Shown piece after piece: positions 39,516-44,575 of a stretch of 44,575 bases of DNA; position 1 is the first letter of the stretch, and each line of letters begins with the position of its first letter. Below the pieces are notes generated by a model, which was not told the origin of the DNA, made no database searches, and was given only the letters and a program-made list of their open reading frames with translations. The position numbers and the translations under genes are program-made. This DNA comes from Batkoa obscura (Eukaryota), in NCBI GenBank assembly GCA_030770535.1, contig JASVEC010000129.1, positions 1 to 44,575 of the forward strand. Direction: 5' to 3'.

Positions 39516-39615
39516 GCGAGTGTTTTTTTTGACTTCATTATTTTTTTCAATTTTTTTAAGCGTTATTTAAGCGGAAAATTTGTTAGTAAATTCTTAAATA
39601 CAAAAACACATCTCC
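39516..39615. mobile_element. MITE copy
   Basis: GCGAGTGT...ACATCTCC with ATAT/ATAC flanks. Confidence 0.85.
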
Positions 39616-40277
39616 ATACAGTGTAAAATTTTGTTAAAAAATATCAAGTCTTATTTCAAAATACAAATATTTTTAAATCTGCTGTAGGAAGAGAGATGTC
39701 ATCTTTAAAAAGTTAGTTTTTAACAAAAGATCAAAATGATTAAATATTTATCAGGCTATGAGAAAGAAAAGCCAAATAATGAGCAGTCCTTACAAGGGTT
39801 AAAGTTCAAACCCATAACGTATAGTAATATTCTTGAAGAGATTAGGAGCAAGAAATTTAGAGAGAGGACGTTTATGAGAGAATAAACTAATAAAGATAAA
39901 GGAAAGTTTCAAGAAAATTAACTCAACACAACCTAGGTAGGTTTATTTAGTGTTAATTAAAATAATAATGGTCAGTTTAAGGACTCAATAATACATTTGG
40001 GAAAATCAATGATTTAAGGAAATTTATTGCTTCTTTTCAAGATAAAAGTCATGTCTTTGATTTAAATGTTTAATTATCAAAAAAATTAAAGCATATACAT
40101 GTATTTGAAATATTAAATTTGTATAAAACATTTATAATCAATTTTGTATAATAAGCATAGATCTTATTTTGCTTCTTTAGATCTACTATGAGTAGAAAAG
40201 CACTAAAGTCGATTCTTCTTTACCAGGAAGGCTGGTTTAAATGGTATAATTCTTAGAGTTCATTAATTTAAACATTT

Positions 40278-40367
40278 GGTGTTTTTTTGGCTTCATTGCT
40301 TTTTCCATCTTTTAAGCGCCATTTGAGCGGAAAATTGTTAGTAAAATTCAAACAAAAATACATCCCC
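40278..40367. mobile_element. MITE copy (left terminus shortened)
   Basis: ATTT-GGTGTTTT...ACATCCCC-ATTT. Confidence 0.85.
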
Positions 40368-40804
40368 ATTTAATATTTTATTTTAGTTAATAAATTATTT
40401 AGGGCTAACTCTCGAAAAATAAACTGTATAAATTAATAATTAGCCAACCAGTCTTCTAAAAACCTAATCAATCATTACTTATTGAGTTTTAACATTAATA
40501 GATTATTTTAATTTTAGTATTTTTATAAAAAAATAGTAATTTATGATTATAATATAAAGAAGTTAAAATTACAATTATTTTTTTATGAAACTAATAAAAT
40601 TAAAATGACCCATTGTTGTTAAAACTCAATGAATAATTAGCAATTAATTTAAAACTTATAGTAATGCGAATAGAATGTTACATTAAATACCTAAATAATA
40701 CAACTCAAAAGCTTAACTAAAGGATATAAAAGCGAATAAAATATTTAATTAGAAATTTTAAAAAACAATTTCTAATACTCGAAATTAACACAGTAAAAAT
40801 CAAA

Positions 40805-41005
40805 ATGAAATTCATTTACTTAACTACTTCTATTGTTACCATTCTTGCGGCACCTTCTGCTTTTGAATTCAATAGCGAAAGTGTTTCAACTTTCAATCTC
40901 AACATTGATATAAAGTCAGATTCTAACCCTAATAATGAGCCGGATCTAATACCATCAGATTTAATCAATACAGCAGGTAATGTAATAGTCCAAGGTAGTA
41001 CTTGA
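40805..41005 (+). CDS. Small secreted protein or pseudogene sharing the signal peptide of the repeat precursor
   Basis: MKFIYLTTSIVTILAAPS vs MKFIYLTTFIASILAAPS, with a similar TATA context and an unrelated acidic mature part. Confidence 0.6.
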   Translation: MKFIYLTTSIVTILAAPSAFEFNSESVSTFNLNIDIKSDSNPNNEPDLIPSDLINTAGNVIVQGST

Positions 41006-42017
41006 ATTTATGGTAATGTTAGGCACTAAAAAAATCCCAAAGTCTTATAATAAACAATTGATGAAACAATTGATTTAGGATGATCTACTATAAAACTTGA
41101 GTTATAGTTCAAATTTTCAATTAATTTTAGACATTAAGATACAAATTTTGTACCTTTAATTTAACTTATGAAGAGCTACTAACTTAACGTTAAACGATCT
41201 CTTCGAGAACTAATTGAAATAGATATGATTAGTCGCTGCTTTCCGTATTCTTTTTAATAATTTTTGGTTCCAATTGATAACATCAGTTTATAAAAAAGCT
41301 CAAAACCAATTCAAAGACTACACTTTTCATAACATTATTTTGAAAAAAAATCGAATGAACTTCAATAGTTTTAAAGCAAGCTTTGAACGTGCTTCATTTA
41401 ATACTGAAATCATTATTAGTTTACATCCTTGCTATAGTTGCCTTCAAATTTCTCTATGAGTACTAATGTTTATGCAAGCGTCGTTGTAAATAGTCACTTT
41501 ACTCGTAACATTGAATATAGTAATGGCTACTAATTTGTTATTTGTTAAAACTAAAATTCGATTCTTATTTCTTTAGTAAATTGACTTGAACTTAAATTGT
41601 GTTATGCTACTTTATATAAACTAGTAAAACTTGCCTATATAAGTGTTATTTATACTTTGTTAAATGGTTATTTTTTGCTCATATTAAATCAGTTGAAGTA
41701 GAGATTTAAACTACTTTAATCAATTAAAATAGGAGTCAATTGTTATTTTAAATCTCATGTTTATTAATTTCTTCTATAATCTTTTGACCTAATGAATATC
41801 TAACTTCACTGGACTCAAAGCCCATTTTATTTTCATAAAAATAATATACCATTTACTCAGCCTAAAATCACACATTAAATCATGGCCAAGCTTAAGCTTA
41901 CACCCCCCTAAAAATTTCAATTTCATTAAATCTATTCTAAGTGTCAAGCAAATGGCTAATATGTTATAAAAACCTCATCAAAATAAACTTGAGCTAATTT
42001 TAAATATATATATACAA

Positions 42018-42512
42018 ATGTCATTCAATTTCCCTATTTTATTAATAATATTGAACTACTTCAGTCTATTCTATTCGTTTCCAACAACTAATAGCAAACC
42101 AACAACCCTAAATCTTGAATCCGCTTCATCAATTATAGTGTGTTCCGCCTGCACCCCAGAATCCACTATCCATGGTTTGACTACTGACTTCGGCCTTGGT
42201 AATGACTTAAGTTTGGGCAATACGCTTGTCTCTGGTGCTGGCGGTGGAGGTGGTAGTACTTTTAATAACCAAGAAATAAGCAGTGGAGCTGGATTTGGAT
42301 TAGGGACACAAATAAAAGATTTCATTAGTTTTGGTGGAGGTGGAGGTGGTGGAAGTAGTAAAAAATCCAATTCGGTTGGTATTGGTGGAGGTGGAGGTGG
42401 AGGTATTGATGTAAACAAAGTGATTAAAGTAGATGGCGGGGGAGGTGGTGGGATGAAAGATAAAGAAGTGGATGAATCGATTAATTTAACTGTTGAGGTT
42501 GGGGGAGTTTAA
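42018..42512 (+). CDS. Secreted glycine-rich protein, 164 aa
   Basis: Hydrophobic N-terminal signal-like peptide, CSAC motif, four poly-Gly runs, and TATAAAAA ~50 nt upstream. Confidence 0.8.
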   Translation: MSFNFPILLIILNYFSLFYSFPTTNSKPTTLNLESASSIIVCSACTPESTIHGLTTDFGLGNDLSLGNTLVSGAGGGGGSTFNNQEISSGAGFGLGTQIKDFISFGGGGGGGSSKKSNSVGIGGGGGGGIDVNKVIKVDGGGGGGMKDKEVDESINLTVEVGGV

Positions 42513-42777
42513 TAAGGGTATGTAATTAATAGTGTAAATTAAATTAAAATGTATTTTAATCAATAAAATCAAGTATCTTAATTGTTTGATATATTAACTT
42601 GTTTGTAATATTATTTAATAACTAGTTTAATAAAACTAGATTCTACCACATATGAATTTGTAACTAGACAAAATATTGTATTATCATTCATATCTTCAGA
42701 AAAACCAACTCAATAAAAACTATATTAATAACTAAACATAAAAAAACTCCAAAACTATAAAAAAACTCTATTATTTA

Positions 42778-44575
42778 TTACTCCTTAACTAATGAAAAAT
42801 ATTGTCTTAGAGCGTCCGCAAGCACATGAGGTAGAGAATGTACATCCTTTAAAATAGTATAAAATCTAAATGGAAAACTATCTAAATATTTGTTCATTGA
42901 TAGAGTCATCTGGCCATCTTGATTGGTAATATAATTAACATTTTGAATATTTAAAATACTTTCGGAAACATTTGGTTTAGTGTCCAACACAATAAAAATT
43001 ACCATAACTCTCAATTCTTCTGCTCTTCTTAATAATGCTTTTAATTGGTCATGTGATTCACAAATACCGTCTGATAAGATCAATTGTAACTGCCAAAGAT
43101 CTTCATTATTTCCTGCTAACCCTTTAGATTGTTCGAAATAATCCAATGTCGTTTGTAACATCTTTTTTAAATCTGTTTGTTGTTGATTAAAAGAAAATTG
43201 ATGAATTACTTGATTACCCATATCATTGGTCATTGGCATATCAAAAGAATGTAATAAATTGACTTTTTCTCCAAAACTAACAATGGCTAACTTACCTACT
43301 TCTAATTGATTTAAGGCTTTAGTAACTAATGCTAACGACTCAAACGTCAATTGGACAGTGCTTGGATTCCCCATGGATTTAGAATCATCAACAGCTAACA
43401 TTACTTGATATTGCCTTTGAGATGGTTTAGTACGACGTAACCAAATTTTATCTTTTTTAAATTGAGAAGCTATATATGGAATTATCTTTTTCATATTTAA
43501 TCTTTTACCCGTACGATAATCTCCTTTTAATTTCGTAGCTAATGTAGGTTCTAATATCAATCTTAATTGCTCACTTAAATTTAATGCTAAATCATTTGTC
43601 ATCATTTCATATTTACGCCACATTTCTCGATATTGATATCTCGTTTCATTATCGTTGTTATATCCTTGAATTAACTGTTCTTCCATTTGTTTTCTCATAT
43701 CATCTATTGATTGAACATCTGATTGATTTTCATTTAATAATCCAGCTTCATCTTCATTCATTTGAATATTACTTTGAACAAAAGAAGTAGTAATATGTTG
43801 AATTTTATTTTTTTCATCATATTGAAAATCAAGTTCGTTTTCTATTGCTTGAACAGAAGATTCTATATTTTTATTTTCATTTTCAATTAATACTTGTTCT
43901 TCCAATTGTTCCAATGGTATAGCCAATGAGTCTTTAAATTGTTCTTCATTAGCAGCACCTAAAGCTTCGCCTTCGGCCTCTTCATCCTCTTCAATAAATT
44001 CAAATTCTTTTTCTGCATTATCATCAATGGGCATTGGATTTTCTTTTTTATCTTCATTAAATTCTTCTTCTTCTTCTTTAGTATCTTGATCATTAACTTC
44101 CAATCTTTGCTTCCATTTATTTAATGCATCAGCTAATACACGTTGAGGATTAGTTTCATCTAATTTTTTATCATCATCATCATCTCCTTCTGCTTTTTCT
44201 TCATTAGCTTTTTCATCTATTTTATTCTCATTATTTTGATCTTGATTACTTTTACTATTTTGTTCTTTATTTTGAATTTCATTTTGAATTTCATTTTCCA
44301 TCATATCACCTTCATTATCTTGATCCATATTACCTTGTTCACCTTTAACCCCTAGTGTTTGATTTGGATATTTTTCTTGTTGTTGATGTGATTGGATATC
44401 ATTTTCTTCAAGTTCCGTTGGTTTATCTTCTGCTTCATTATCTTCTTGTTCACCTTCCAATTTTTCTTTTTCATCAGTTTTCATTCTTTGGATTAATATT
44501 ATCTATTTCATTTTCTTCTTGATTTTCTTCTTCATTATTGATATCATCATCCTCTTCATTTTGATTTAAGTCCAG
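42778..44575 (-). CDS. MDN1: Midasin (Rea1) C-terminal D/E-rich tether and MIDAS/VWA domain; gene continues beyond the window
   Basis: LSEQLRLILEPTLATKLKGDYRTGKRLNMKKIIPYIASQFKKDKIWLRRTKPS, MIDAS DDSKSM, and C-terminal LADALRQYF. The acidic frame continues to the window edge after a 1-nt shift near 44485. Confidence 0.96.

Noticed and set aside
42071..42418. Poly-proline ORF
   Set aside because: Antisense of the poly-Gly gene, which has the TATA box and signal peptide.
43584..43790. 68-aa ORF
   Set aside because: Antisense to MDN1.

Overview
Very AT-rich eukaryotic DNA with short (mostly 42-51 nt) spliceosomal introns. It is most likely from an early-diverging fungus (inference from the Zn2Cys6 gene and intron style). 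Conserved housekeeping genes flank the window: a possible INTS10-like 3' end and the cyclophilin-RRM gene PPIL4 on the left, and the midasin/MDN1 3' end on the right. All three carry indels or stops that look like assembly errors. Between them is a ~39 kb accessory block. It holds five paralogous 12-exon cytochrome P450 genes and an intronless Zn2Cys6 transcription factor. It also holds a 5-exon, 155-aa hemerythrin-like gene that the ORF track misses and that appears to have lost its metal ligands. A nest of three Sola-type DNA transposons (one intact) is accompanied by about 15 related ~98-bp MITE copies or fragments. The block ends in a cluster of secreted Gly-rich proteins, including two identical, divergently oriented copies of a predicted Kex2-processed repeat precursor with Tyr-rich module ends. 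Near-perfect identity tracts between otherwise diverged repeats appear three times, suggesting local gene conversion. All gene models were assembled by eye and no database searches were run.
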